DNA from: Lama glama
Taxonomy: Eukaryota
NCBI GenBank assembly: GCA_028534125.1
Contig: CM052817.1
Location: 53,508,001-53,572,000, forward strand
Length of the DNA: 64,000 nt
Direction of reading: 5' to 3'
In this document: in pieces, positions 1 to 13,100 of the stretch
Numbering within the stretch: the first letter of the stretch is position 1
Layout: every line of letters begins with the position of its first letter
The notes under the pieces: model-generated
The model's database searches: none
Told to the model about the DNA's origin: nothing
The model's input: only the letters and a program-made list of their open reading frames with translations
Position numbers and translations under genes: made by a program

Positions 1-1242
1 ATTTAATATATTTCTGGGACTAAGATAAAGCAACACAGAAGGATTAGGTTTATTATTCCCCAAAACATCAACTGCTAGAGGATGTTTACCAAAGAAGCTG
101 TCCTCCCTTAAACCCTGAAGTTGTAGAACAAATAAACCCCCAGGATGACAGAATAAGATTGTTTCAGGGATGCAGTCTTCAGAGATTTCTTGGCAAAACT
201 TTGAATGTCTAAGATAAATATTCCAATATTTCTCACCTTACATTGTTTTCCTTTTCCCATAAACTTACAGATGATACTGTGATTGATATGTAACCGTTAA
301 AATAAATGTTTAATTTCCAAGAGGCTAAATCATGAAAATCAAGATGTAACTCATACAACAATTACAAACAGCTGGGAGTGGACTTCAGTGTATTATCACA
401 ACACCCTCTCACCTTGAGACAACCATCACAATTCCATCTAGAAGTCTTTTAAAGAAGAATTCTAAGTTTACAAAGAGAAGTTTAAACTTTGCAAGCTGAT
501 TTTGGTGGCACTAAGAATTATAATTTTATTTGAATAAAATATATGAAACTAGTAACACCTTGCTTTTGTTCAACATATTTACCTCCTGGCATGAAATCAA
601 CTTTTGGTAACATAAAGGGTATACAGCCTAGAGAAGCACATACTGTGCTGTCAAAGAGGATTAAGACAAATGAGAACTCATCCTGGTTCCTAAGGCCTAC
701 CCTCCTCACTTTATAGCAGCCAGAGGGGAAGATGTGTAAAATCATTACCCAGAACTACTCAGATTTTCGTATTGTTAGTTAGGACTGTTTTCTTACACCC
801 ATTGCTCCAAGCATTAGGCTGCGTAACAGCAGTTCTGAACCTGCCATGAACGAACTAGAAATTCCTAGTTGTCTCCAGCTAGATACAGAGCGCAGAAAAA
901 TTCCACTCTGGGATGGATGCAAGTTTAAACACTATTGAAGGCAAGTTTGGAAGAGTGAGAAAACTCACAAAATGGAACATAATGACTTCAGGTCAGATGG
1001 AGATTTTGCTTGAGAATACAGAGAATATATTTATGGATCAGTCCTCATTGTATGTACTTTAGGTCTTTTGCTTTATTAGCACCAACTGTTTGGAAATCTC
1101 CTTTTTCCTCCTTTTCCCATCACTGTCAGATAATAGTAAAAATAGTTCCTTCTTCACCACACAAAACTGAATTTTTAGCATGAGATAATTTCCGAAGGAT
1201 TCCTTTGACCAGGTTGAGAAGTGAAAAACCCCTTCTTAATTT

Positions 1243-1336
1243 GGACCCGGATAAGTCACTTAAACTTCTAAACCCCAAGTTCCTTGTTTGAAAAAATAGT
1301 ACTTACCTAAGGATTAAAATAATGTGTATGAGCACT
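1243..1336 (+). mobile_element. MIR SINE core fragment
   Basis: GGATAAGTCACTTAAACTTCTAAACCCCAAGTTCCTTGTTTGAAAAAATAG resembles the MIR core (GGCAAGTCACTTAACCTCTCTGAGCCTCAGTTTCCTCATCTGTAAAATGG). Confidence 0.6.
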
Positions 1337-1796
1337 CCATATATGGTAATTATTTTTATCACCACCACACGTAATTTTATGATACTAATGGTACTTGTGG
1401 TTCAAGACATATCTTTAGCAGTAACTCACTCTAATCAAACTGATTATAACTTCCATCCTACACATAATGCTCTCTGGCATTACATCCTATAGCAAATCTA
1501 CAAAACATTAAATTTACACTGAAAAAGAAAAGACTTACAAGAAAGACCAATCTTCTAACTAAATGATATCATACATTAGCCTTCTAATACAAAAATTATT
1601 CTTTTGATGGAGTAAGAATCCAATGATTTGCTGTTTTTCTCCTGAGTGTGTTGCATTCCTCAAGTGTCTAGTTATTTTGTCCTCTGAGGACACACTTCCC
1701 AGGGTATGAATTATTTTGTCTGGTGATGTATATTGGGAAAGGTCCAAAGGCCAGGCCAGTATTTATTAGTACTGAGGAGTTTAGAAAGAGAGAAGG

Positions 1797-1944
1797 TGGG
1801 AAGGTATAGCTCAGTGGTAGACTGCATGCCTAGCATACATGAGGTCCTAGGTTCAATTCCCAGAACTTCCATTAAAAAATGAATAAATCTAATTACTTCC
1901 CATCCTAAATAAAACAAATAAAAAACAAACAAACAAAAACAAAT
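1797..1944 (+). mobile_element. tRNA-derived SINE, camelid Vic-1-like
   Basis: Pol III A-box TAGCTCAGTGG (1807-1817), B-box GGTTCAATTCC (1850-1860), body ...ATAAATCTAATTACTTCCC, A-rich (AAAC)n tail, and a 10-bp TSD AGAGAGAAGG at 1787-1796 and 1945-1954. Confidence 0.9.
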
Positions 1945-2339
1945 AGAGAGAAGGGATGCACTCAGAGCAGAGAGCCCTAGGCCCTAGAAAACAACACTGA
2001 TCACTGCCTTTGGTTGGCACTCATGAGGCAACTCCTGTATTAAAAACTCTATTAAGTGCTTAGGAAAAAGCAGCTTTGAGAAGAAGAAACCTCCTCAGGT
2101 TATAATTCACCAATAATAGAAATCAAGGGAGAAAGACTTAAGAGTAAATTCCCAAGAACACTGTTGCAATTATACTGCTTTCATCAACTCCTTACAACTG
2201 CAGGACTTTTTTGTGCTATCCTGACATTACACTTGGTCATATGAACCAGTGATAGAACTTGAGGCAATGAAAGCACAGTCAATGACCACTGACCATCTAA
2301 AAGAAGTTGTGGGTGTAGAGAGAAAAGAACAGAATTCTT

Positions 2340-2552
2340 AGTTTTGGAACAGATTGCTCTCAACTCATTTCCTCCATCTATCAGTTACTGTCTCAAAAAC
2401 TCATGTCAACCTTTGGTTTCTACAGAGGTTTCTCATAGTTATTTCTGTTGTAGATTTTAATTCCCGAGTCTACATATCTCTTTCACTTCTTTAGTTTCCA
2501 CAGCGATTTTGATGGAGGAATCCAACAGCTCATGCCAGTTTGCCATCTTGGT
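2340..2552 (-). mobile_element. Ancient L1M/HAL1-type 5' end fragment
   Basis: The reverse complement begins CCAAGATGGCAAACTGG, like the CAAGATGGC start of old L1 5' ends. Highly diverged. Confidence 0.35.
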
Positions 2553-2771
2553 ATCACACTGCTAAATAAACATCTGAAAAATGTGTATAATTTGTAGAGA
2601 CTTATGTAGTTAATAGACCAAATGTAAAAAAATTGTTAAAGTATTGTTTTATTCTTACACTGACACTTCTGATATTGGCAACATGGCATATTGAGCTACC
2701 ACAGTTCTCTTCTGGGCAAATATAGATGTTCTGGACAACAACAACAAAAGCAATGGTTGAGCTGAGTAACA

Positions 2772-2910
2772 AGGAAAAAGAAGAAAAGAAGGAAGGAAAG
2801 AAGAAGAGAAGGGAGGAAGGAGGGAAGAGAGAGATGAAAGGAGGGAGGAAGAAAAGAAGGAAAGAAAACTCCACTGTGAATGAGGAAGGAAGGAATATAA
2901 AGCAAGAGAG
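2772..2910. repeat. Purine-rich (GA/GAAG) low-complexity tract
   Basis: AAGGAAAAAGAAGAAAAGAAGGAAGGAAAGAAGAAGAGAAGGGAGGAAGG...; source of the spurious ORFs at 2602-2970. Confidence 0.85.
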
Positions 2911-3139
2911 ATAAATTAACTCAGTGATGCCATTATACCTTAAGGATATAAAAATCTGATCTTGACTCAATGGTCCTTGTGAGGATAAATTTCAATGGCT
3001 CATGGAGGCAGAAATTAAGGTTTTGGGGTCCTCATAAGGATAGGAACTATAGTTAAGCTAAGATCCCCAGATCTAACTGGCTCCCTGTAATATTTGATCA
3101 CTCTAAAAAGAGAAAATTAAAATTTCCAAAATAACTTTA

Positions 3140-3874
3140 TTTTCAGTAGTAATTGTTTAAGTATTTTTTTTTACCAACCCTCCCATTGAAAACAACTTCA
3201 CAAGCTGGACAAATTACAAACAGAAATTCTTAGGTTTACTGGACAAAAATAAAAACAGAAGAATTAGCAGGCTAAGTGAGACTGAATACTTTGGAATTCA
3301 GATAAGTGGAGTGAGTGCTACATTTAGCTTGCTTTTGCTCTAAGATCATTTTCCTTTTTAGAAGATGAGATGGGAAGTCTGTGTTGAAAATTTTATAGCC
3401 TCAAAGGACTAGGAGAACAAACATTTGGATCCACTATCTTTAGAGTTCACAAAGATGAATAAATGTTAAGTCATTCCTACTACTTTGGGCTGACTGTGAA
3501 ATGGTTATACCCTAGGAATAAGATTAAGTGAAACTAACTCTATTGTTGCCAGTCTTCAAATCATTTGGATAGGTCAGAAAATTTTGAAAATTAAACATAG
3601 ATTAAGGAAAAACTGAATTGCTAATGTCCCACATGTCTAGCAGAATTCTTTAAAGGTAAAAAAAAATACAGCCTATCATTAAATAATTACTACAAAACAT
3701 TTTTTTCAAATAAGCAGTGGGCACACAGAAAGACAAAGAAATACAAAAGACACAGACGGAATATAGACACTAAAGTTACAAGTAACTAAACTATAAAAGT
3801 TATGCTTGTTATGTTCATAAATAAAAATGAATGCCAAGCTTGGAAATATGAAATTATAGAAAGTGATTGGATAG
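3140..3874 (+). mobile_element. Old L1 (L1M/L1ME-class), 5' region and ORF1 start; left half of the element interrupted by the younger L1
   Basis: A-rich L1M-like 5' sequence (AAAACAACTTCACAAGCTGGACAAATTAC...). It joins the sequence after 10135 across the duplicated target site. Confidence 0.55.
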
Positions 3875-4672
3875 GAGGGGTCTAAGATGATAGCATAGGA
3901 AGATCCTGAGGCCACCTCCTCCCACTGACACAGTGGATCTAAGCCTATACATAGAGCAGTTCCTCCTGAAGAAGACCTGAGGGCTGATTTAACAGCTTCT
4001 GTGTATAGGGAGACCACATAGAAATGAGTAGGAAAGATGGATTGATGATATCCATGAAAATTCCATCCCCTATCTGCAGTAGAAAGGGATATTATTAAAG
4101 AACCTAAGCACAGACTCAACCACCCTGGGACATAGCAAAAAACTAGCAGTTTAAACAGCACTTAAACTATACAGAAGGAAATCTAATCACTAGCCTTAGA
4201 GCATCTGCTAAATGGGAAAGGAACTGCTGTAACTCTCTGGGGTCAGAGGCACTGGTAAGCACCAATGTTTGAGTCCCTCCAGAACAGCCTTCACTTCCCT
4301 TCAGCCCACACCCACTCCAGCTTCAGCCATCCTGCCATGACAGCCCCAGTGCAGTGTACCCTAGGACAGCTCCTGGCTCACACCTGTTCCGGGCCCAGCC
4401 AACCCAGCAAGACAGTCATGGCATAGCATGCCCCATGATTCCTTCCAGCCTATGCCTGCTCCAGCTCCAGCCCTATTTCAAAGGTGCCTTCAACCTGAAG
4501 TACCCTGAGACTCCCACAGCTCACAGCTTGCTCCAGTTCCAGGCACCCTATCAAAGACACCCAGTGCACACAGCTTCATGGACACTCTCACACAAAGCCA
4601 CTCTTTCAAGATTGGAAGATGTAGCTGTTTAACCTAATTCATAGGGGGAAAAAAAACCCACAGAAGGGCAAA

Positions 4673-5533
4673 GTGAAGAGACAGAGAAATATTTTCCAAA
4701 GGAAAAAGAAAGATAAAACTCTAATAAAATAGAGATAAGTAATTTTTCTGATAAAGAGTCTAAAGTAAGGGTCATAAAGATGCTGACTGAATTTGGGAGA
4801 AGAATGGATGTACTCATGAGAACTTCAATAAAGTATTAGAAAATATAAGAAAGAACCAATAAGAGCTGAAAAACAGTAACTTAAATTTTAAAATACACTA
4901 GAACAAATCAACAGCAGATTATGTAGAAGAATGGAAAATCAAACGGAAAGATAGAGAGTAAAAATCAACCAAATCAGAACAGCAAAAAGAAAAAAAAATT
5001 AATGAGGATAGTTTAATGAACCTCTGAAACAACATTAAACATACTAGCATTTGTACCATAAGGGTCCTTGAAAGAGAAGAGAGAAAGTGACAGATAACTT
5101 AATTGAAGAAATAATGGCTGAGAACATTCTACCTGTAGAAGAAAACAGCATGCAGCTCCAAGAAAAACAGAGTTTCAAACAAGATGAATCCAAAGAGATC
5201 CACACCAAATATAGTAAAATTAAAATGGCAAAAATTAAAGCTAAAGAATGATTTTAAAAGCAGTAAGGAAAAGTCAATGAGTCACATATAAGGCAACCCT
5301 CTTAAGGCTATCAACTGATTTTTCCAGCAGAAACTTTAAAGACCAGAGGGGAGTGGCAGGAATGCTAGATGGAAAAAAAAAAAAAAAAAACCTTACAACC
5401 TAGAAAACTCTATCCATCAAGGTTATCATTCAGAATTGAAGGAGAAATATAGAATTTCCCAGACAAGCAAAAGCTAGAGTAGTTCATCACCGCTATACTG
5501 GCCTTAGAAGAAATGTTAAAGTGTCTTCTTTAA
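4673..5533 (+). pseudogene. L1 ORF1p remnant (frameshifts and stops)
   Basis: Fragments translate to KRQRNIFQ, EISNFSDKESKVRVIKMLTEFGRRMD and LEEMLKCLL*, typical of laurasiatherian L1 ORF1p. Confidence 0.8.
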
Positions 5534-5820
5534 AGGGAAAAGGAAAGGTCACAACTAGAAATAAGAAAATATATGAGTGAAAAATCTCACTGATAAATAT
5601 AAATATATAGCTAAGGCAGTGAATCAGCTACTTCAAATACTAGTATGAAGGTTAAAAGACAAAACTCTTACAATCAAGTTTAACTAAAATAAGTAGTTAA
5701 GGGATACACAAAATACAGATGTAAAATATGATGTCAAAAACATAAAACATGGAGAGAGTAGAATAAAAATGTAGTGCTTTTAGAATGCATTCTAAATTTA
5801 TCAGTGCAAAATAGACTTCA

Positions 5821-5861
5821 GATATAGAAATAGATATAGATATATAGATATAGATAGATAT
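5821..5861. repeat. (GATATA/GATA)n simple repeat in the L1 inter-ORF spacer
   Basis: GATATAGAAATAGATATAGATATATAGATATAGATAGATAT. Confidence 0.8.
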
Positions 5862-6026
5862 GACCTCATGGTAACCACAAATCAAAAACCTGCAATGGAC
5901 ACACAAAATATAAACAGAAAGGAATCCAAACACTATAGGAACTCACCAAATCACAAGGGGAGAAATCAAGAAAAGAAGACAGGAACAGAGAATAACTACA
6001 AGAACACCATAAAAAAAATGAAGAAA

Positions 6027-9000
6027 ATGACAATAGTACACACCGATCAATAATTACTTTAAATGTAAATGGACTAAATACTCCAATCAAAAGACAAAGG
6101 GTGACTGAATGGATTCTTAAAAAGACTCATCCAGATTGCTGCCTACAAGAGACACACTTCAGATCTAAAGACACACAAAGACTGAAAGTGAAAGAATGAA
6201 AAAAGATATTCTATGCAAATAAAAAGGAAAAGACAGCTAGGGTAGTAATACTCATACCAGACAAAATAGTTTTTAAAACAAAGACTGTAATAAAAGACAA
6301 AGACATTACATAATGATGAAGAGATCAATCCAATAAAAGGATATAGTATTTGTAAACATTTACACACCCAACATAGGAGTATCTAAATATGTAAAGCAAA
6401 TATTAGCAGACTTAAAGGAAGAAACAGAAATACAATAGTAATAGGAAACTTTAATACCCCACTTACATTAGTGGATGTATCACTTAGAGAAATTCAGTAA
6501 GACAACACTGGTTTTAAATAACACATTAGACAAGATGGAGATATATACAGAACATTTTATCCAAAAGCAGCAAAATATATATCTGTTGCAAGTACATATG
6601 GAATATTTCCCTGTACAGATCACATATTAGGCCACAAAACAAGTCTCAATAAACTTAAAAGACTGAAATTGCATCAAGTATTTTTTCTGACCACAAAGGT
6701 ATAAAACCAGAAATCAATTACAAGAAGAAAACTGGAAAAAACACAAACATGCAGATAGTGAACAGCACACTATTAAACAATCAATGGGTAACAGAGAGGT
6801 CAAGGACGAAACTAAAAAATATCTCAAGACAAATGGAAATGGAAACACAAATTTTCAAGCTCTATAGAATGCAGCAAAACCTATTTTAACAGGGAAGTTC
6901 ACAGCAATACAAGCCTACCCCAAGAAACAACAACAAAAATCTAAATTTGCATTTAATGGATCTAGGAAGAATAATTAAAGCCCAGAAGGAGTATAAAGAA
7001 GGAAATAAAAATATCAGAAAAGAAAGAAAATAGAGACAACAGGAAAAAAAGTCAATGAAACTAAAAGTTGGTTCTCTGAAAAGATAAATAAATTGACAAG
7101 CATTTAGCCAGATTTATCAAGGTAAAAAGAGAGAGGGGACAAATAAATAAAACCAGAAATGAAGAGAAATTAAAACTGATATCACAGAAATACAAAGAAT
7201 TATAAGAGAATACTGTAAACAAATATATGCCAACTAACTAGACAACCTAGAAGAAATGGATACATTTCTAGAAATATAAAACCTTCCAAGACTGAATCAT
7301 GAAGAAATAGAAAATCTAAGTAGATCAATTACAAGTAACAAAATTAAATCAGTAATGAAAAACTCCCAACCAAGAAGATTCCAGGTCTAAAAGGCTTCAC
7401 AGATGAATTCTATCAAATATTTAAAGAACATCTCATATCTATCCTTCACAAAGTATTGAACTGAAAAGGAAGGAGTACTTCCAAACTCATTTTAAAAGGC
7501 CAGTATTACTCTGATATCAAAATTATACAAAGACAACATCAAAAAAGAAAATTACAAGCTAATATCCTGATGAACATAGATGCAAAAATCCTTATCAAAA
7601 TATTAGCAAACCAAATCTAACAATAAGTTAAAAGGTTCATACACCATGATCAAGTGGGATTCATTCTAGGGATACAACAATAGTTTGACATCTGTAATCA
7701 ATTAATATGAAATACCACATTAACAAAGCAAAGGATCAAAATCAAATGATCATCTCAACAGATGCTGAGAAAGCTTTTGACAAAACTCAACATCGATTTA
7801 TAACAAAAATTCTCAACAAAGTGGGAAGAGAGGAAACATACTTCAAAACAATAAAGGCCATATATGAAAACTCTACAGCTAACATCATACTCAATGGTGA
7901 AAAGCTGAAACCTTTTCCTCTAAGATCAAAAACAAGACAAGGATGCCACTCTCACCACTTTTATTCAACATTGTATTGGAAGGCCTAGCCACAGCAATAA
8001 GAGAAAATAATAAAAGGCATCTAAAATGGAAAGGAAGAAGTAAAACTGCACTCTGTGCTGTGATGATACTATATATAGAAAACCCCAAAGTTTCCACCAA
8101 AATCTATTAGAACTAATAAATTTTTATTTAAATAAATGTTTTATTAAATATTTTATTTATTTATAGTTGCAGAATACAAAATTAATATACAGAAATCTGT
8201 TGCATTTCTATACACTAATAACAAACTATCAGAAAGAGAAATAAAAAAATAAACAATCCCATTTATAATTGCATCAGAAAGAATAAAATACCTAGAAATA
8301 AATTTAACCAGTGAGGTGAAAGGTCTGTACTCTGAAGACTATACAGATACTAAGGAAGGAAAGAAGATGACACAAATAAATAGAAACATATATTGTGTTC
8401 ATGGATTGGAAGAATCGATACTGTGAAAATGTCCATACTACCAAAGGAGTCTACAGAGTCAATACAATCCCTATCAAAATACCAATGGTATTTTTCACAG
8501 AACTAGAAGAAATAATCCGAAAATTTATATGAAACCACAAAATACCTCTAATAGCGAAAGCAATCTTGAGAAAAAAGAACAAAGCTATAGTTATCAAGCA
8601 CCTTGATTTAAACTATACCACGAAGTGACAGTAATAGAAATGGTGTGGTAGTAGCATAAATACAGACAAATAGATCAATGGAACAGAATAGAGAGCCTAG
8701 AAATAAACTCAAGACACTTATGGGCAATTAATCTACAAAAAGGCGGTAAGAATATCCAACAGGAAAAAGACGGCCTCTTAAATATGATATGTGGGGAAAG
8801 CTGGGCAGCTGTGTGCAAAAAAAAATCAAACTAGATTACATTCTTACACCATATAAAAAATGAACCCCAAATGGATTAAAGATTTGAATATAATACCTAG
8901 ACCTATAACATTCCTAAAAGAAGACATACTCAGAATACTCTTTAACACCAATCTTGCCAATAATTTTTGATTATCTCCCCTCAGGCTAAGGTAATAAAAG

Positions 9001-9632
9001 CAAAAACAAGCAAAAGAGGTTTTACACAGTGATAGAAACCACCAACAAAATTAAAAGGCAGCATATTAAATAAGAGAAGATATTTGTAAATAATATATCT
9101 AATAAAGGGTTGATATCCAAAATATATAAGGAACTCATACAACTCAATATCAAAAAACAACCTGATTTAAAAATGGACAGAGAACTTGAATAGACATTTT
9201 TCCAAAGAAAAAACATACAGATGGTCAACAGGCACAGGAAAAGATGCTCAACATCACTAATCATCAGAGAAATGCAAATCAAAATCACAATGACATACCA
9301 TTTCACACCTCTCAGAATGGCTATTTTCAAAAAGACAAGAAACCAAGTGGTGGTGAGGATATGGAGAAAAAGTAAACCTGATGCATTATCTTGGGAAATG
9401 GAAACTGGTGCAGCTATTATGGAAAATACTATGGAATTTTCCTTTTAAAAAGCCTAAAAACAGAACTACCATACAATGCAGCAATTGCAGTTCTGAATAT
9501 TTATCTGAAGAAAATGAAAATACTAATTCAAAAAGATACACATATTTCTCTGTTCACTACAACACTATCACAATAGCCAAGACATGGGAGCAGCCTGTAT
9601 CCATCAGTAGATTAATGGATAAAGAATATGTG

Positions 9633-9673
<41 letters not shown>

Positions 9674-9810
9674 AATATTACTCAGCCATCAAAAGAGAAG
9701 TCTTGCTATTTGCAGAAACATGGAAGAAACTGAAGGGTATTATGCAAAGTGAAAGAAGTCAGACAGAGAAAGACAAATACCATATGATTTCACTTAAATG
9801 TGGAATCTAA
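6027..9810 (+). pseudogene. L1 ORF2p remnant (APE endonuclease + RT + C-terminal domain), disrupted
   Basis: IITLNVNGLNTPIKRQRVTEWI and CCLQETHFR (EN); [34 protein letters not shown] and a degenerate FADD site before MILYIENPK (RT); [13 protein letters not shown] and KYHMISLKCGI* (C-terminus). Many stops and frameshifts. Confidence 0.92.
9635..9670. repeat. (AC)18 microsatellite within L1 ORF2
   Basis: Perfect AC run, read directly. Confidence 0.95.
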
Positions 9811-10135
9811 AAAACAAAATAAACAAAACAGACTCAGATACAGAGACAAACTGTTAGTTGTCAGAGGGCAGTTGGACAGGGGGATGAATGAAGTAGGTGA
9901 AGGGAACTAATAGGTAAAACTTCCAGTTGTAAAATAAATGTCACAGGATGTAATGCATAGCATAGGGAGTGTATTCAGTAATATTTTAATAACTTTGTAT
10001 GGTGACTAATAGTAATGAAACTTATTATGGTGATCATTTCATAATATATATCATTACTGAATCTCTATGTTGTACACCTGAAACTACGTATTACTGTATG
10101 TCAATTATAATTCAATAAATAAAGTGATTGGACAG

Positions 10136-13100
10136 ATCTAAAAAAAGAATCAAACAGAATTTCTAGAATTGATAAATAGTATTATCAAGAGATTGAAATA
10201 ACTGAGAAGACACACTGAATTTAGTAGGAAAAATGAGAAATTAACTAAAAACAAGCACCAGGAGACCAAAAAAAAAAAAACAGACTAGGCAATTAAAAAG
10301 AGAAACACACAGGATAAAGAGAAAATCTAGAACAAGAATTTAACTAGAATATCAGAATAAAATACAGTATGCAATTTATGATGAGATTATGGGTGAGAAG
10401 TCTACTGCATCTCAAGCAGGTAAATGAAACAAAATCTATACCTACCACACTGCAGTAAAACTACAGGAAAACAAAAAAAAAAGACAATAATTTGACAACA
10501 ATTAGAGAAAAAAAGATTACCTGCAAAATAAAACAGACTTCTGACTTCTCAAAAGCAACAATGGGAACCAAAGATAGTCAAATGACATATCCAAGCAAGT
10601 GAAATAAAATAAGTACAGCCTAAACTTTCATATATGGGGAAGATACTTTCAAGGATGAGGAAAAGATGAAGATATTTATAATTTTTTTTTAAAACTACTT
10701 GGTGAATTTATCACCAACAGATCCAAACATCACAAAATATCAGAGAAAGTTTTATGGGAGGAAAACAATCTATACGTGTGTGAGAGAGAGAATAGTAAAT
10801 ATAGTATAATTATGTGCAGAGGGATTTATAAAGTTTCTATACTAGGAGGAAAATAAAATAATTGATTAGACTAAAGTTTTGGTAAGTTACAGAGCATATA
10901 TATGCATGATAACAACTAAAGAGAAAATGACTATATAACTTCACTACAGCAGGAAAAAAAATAATTTAAAAAAGAAGAAGAATAGAAATAAAAGGCAGAA
11001 CAAATGGAATGATATTGTAACAAAAAGCTGTAAATTCTGCTACCAAAAGTTGTATTTATTATAAGAACTAAATATTCTAATTTTTAAGATTCAGTTGTAT
11101 TTTTTTAAATCCCTGTTGTTTAGAGAAGAAATTATACTAAAAGTATTAAATTAATGTAAACATAAGGGATATAGAGTTGTATGATAAATGCTAGGAAAAG
11201 ATTTATTGTACAAAGAACAGCAAATAGCACAAATCTGGAATAGATACATTAAAATCAGTAAATGCCTGTATTAAGGCAAACGCATTAGTAGAAATCAAGA
11301 GGATTACTTCATAATGATAATAGTTTAATTCATCAAGACTATATAAACATTTTAATTTTTTTAAATCCAATAACTATCCTTGAGTATTAAAAAGTAAATG
11401 TTGATATTAACTACAAGAATAAATGGAAAAATCCATAATCACAGTAGTCACTTTCAAAGTTCCTCTCTAGGTACATAACAAAAGAACTGGAGAAAAGTAG
11501 ATTATTTGAACAACATAATACGGAACAATTGCAGAATGTATCTGCTTTGAAAGCACATATGAAATCTTTTTTTTTAATTGACTATGTACTGAGCTATAAA
11601 TGAAGTCTCAAAATATTTTAAAGGATTGAAATAGAGTTTATTTTCTGGCTATAGTGCATTTTTGCTAGACATCAATAACAAAAAGTTAACTAAAAAATGT
11701 TCAAATGTTTGGAAATCATAATAGGAAAATTAAAACATACTTTGCAATTATTGAAAATGAACAGACTACATATCAAAATTGTAAGATGAACCAAAGCAAT
11801 ACATAGAAGAAAACTCATAGTTTTAAATAGATACATTAGGAAAAAGGAAAGATTGAGAAATATGAGTTAGATATCCATCTCAAAATTATAAAATGAATAA
11901 AATAGACTGAAATAAATAGAAAAGAAGAATATAGTAGAAATTAATCAAATAGAAAACAAATACATTATAGGATCTACAAAGCAAAAAGTAGCTTATTTGA
12001 AAAAGAAGATAAGCCACTAAACATAAAATTGATAAACCTCTAGTAAGACTGGAGAACAAGAAAAAGAGAGAAGGTCCAAATACAGTACAGTATTGGGCTT
12101 GGAAAAGTCATCACCACAGATCTTACAGTCATTAAAAGATTACGAGGAAATTATCCCAAGATAAAAATTCTAAACAAAATATTATCAAACTGAAAACAGT
12201 AAAATATTATAATATATCACAACCAAGTTCATTTAATTCCAAGAATGTGAAGTTGAATCAGTAATCCATTTTCCTTCATTAATAGGTTAAACAGAAAAAT
12301 AATATGATCATCTCAATTCAAGTAGAAATACTCAATAACTTTCAAATCATAGCAAACTGACATAAAGGGAAGCTTTCTTAATCTGATAGAATATCTCTAA
12401 AAATAAGATCCTACAAAAATATAGCAAATCATAAAAATTAGTAGTGTTCCTCTTGAGAGCTGGTAAAAGGCAAGGCTAATCTTTATTACCAACTCCATTT
12501 AACTTAGGTTTAAGGGTTATAAGAAGTAAAATAAAATGAGAAAAATAAGTAAGGTTTTTTTTTATTTTTATGAAAACTGTAAACCTTTATTGATAGAAAT
12601 AAAACATCCAGATATACTATGTTCATGTATATTAGGTTTAATTTTTTAAGATTTTCCCTCTAGGTTTTACAGATTTAATACACTCTTAATCATTGTAGTA
12701 TAATGTGTATGCCTGTGTTTGTGGAATAGAACAAGCTGAATCTGACATCTAAATAGAAAGTATGAGGGCCAAATACAGACAAGAAACTCTTGAAAAAAAT
12801 CAAACAAGTAATAAAAATTACATTGCCAGAGTTTAAGACATTTATAAAGCTGTACAATTGTGTGTACTATTAGCACAAGGATAGAAGAATGGAATGGAAT
12901 GGAACGGAACAGAACAGAATAGAAAGAGCCTAGAAAAAGCCCTATGCATATTTAAATGAACACTTGAGTTTTTTTAACAGCAGAACTGCAGAGCAATGGA
13001 AACAGTATAGTTTTTTTTTAATGTATGACGCTAGGAAACTCAATATTCTTAAACAGGAAAAAATTAATTGGACATTTACCACACAGTCAACAAAAAATAA

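Larger units (their letters stand above)
3875..10120 (+). mobile_element. Full-length degenerate LINE-1 (laurasiatherian, L1MA9-like 3' end)
   Basis: 5' end GAGGGGTCTAAGATGATAGCATAGGAAGATCCTGAGGCCACCTCCTCCCAC; ORF1 and ORF2 remnants; 3' UTR ending TATGTCAATTATAATTCAATAAAT. TSD AAAGTGATTGGATAG (3860-3874) / AAAGTGATTGGACAG (10121-10135), 14/15 identical. Confidence 0.95.

Noticed and set aside
1301..1535. Minus-strand 212-nt exon (acceptor at 1519-1535, donor at 1301-1306)
   Set aside because: The donor lies in a MIR remnant and the interval is AT-rich with no coding signal or other support.
1797..1870. Functional tRNA gene
   Set aside because: Followed by a SINE body and A-rich tail and flanked by a TSD; the acceptor stem is degenerate. 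It is a SINE head.
2602..2970. Hydrophobic or Lys/Glu-rich ORFs (also 19305-19598)
   Set aside because: Translations of purine/pyrimidine low-complexity tracts.
3706..4161. 151-aa antisense ORF over the L1 5'UTR (ORF0-like)
   Set aside because: GTG start, crosses the insertion junction into flanking old L1, and has no recognisable homology.
6027..9810. Active reverse transcriptase or domesticated retroelement gene
   Set aside because: Numerous stops and frameshifts, a destroyed FADD catalytic motif and an inserted (AC)18. The track ORFs (7707, 9221, 9628, etc.) are only fragments.
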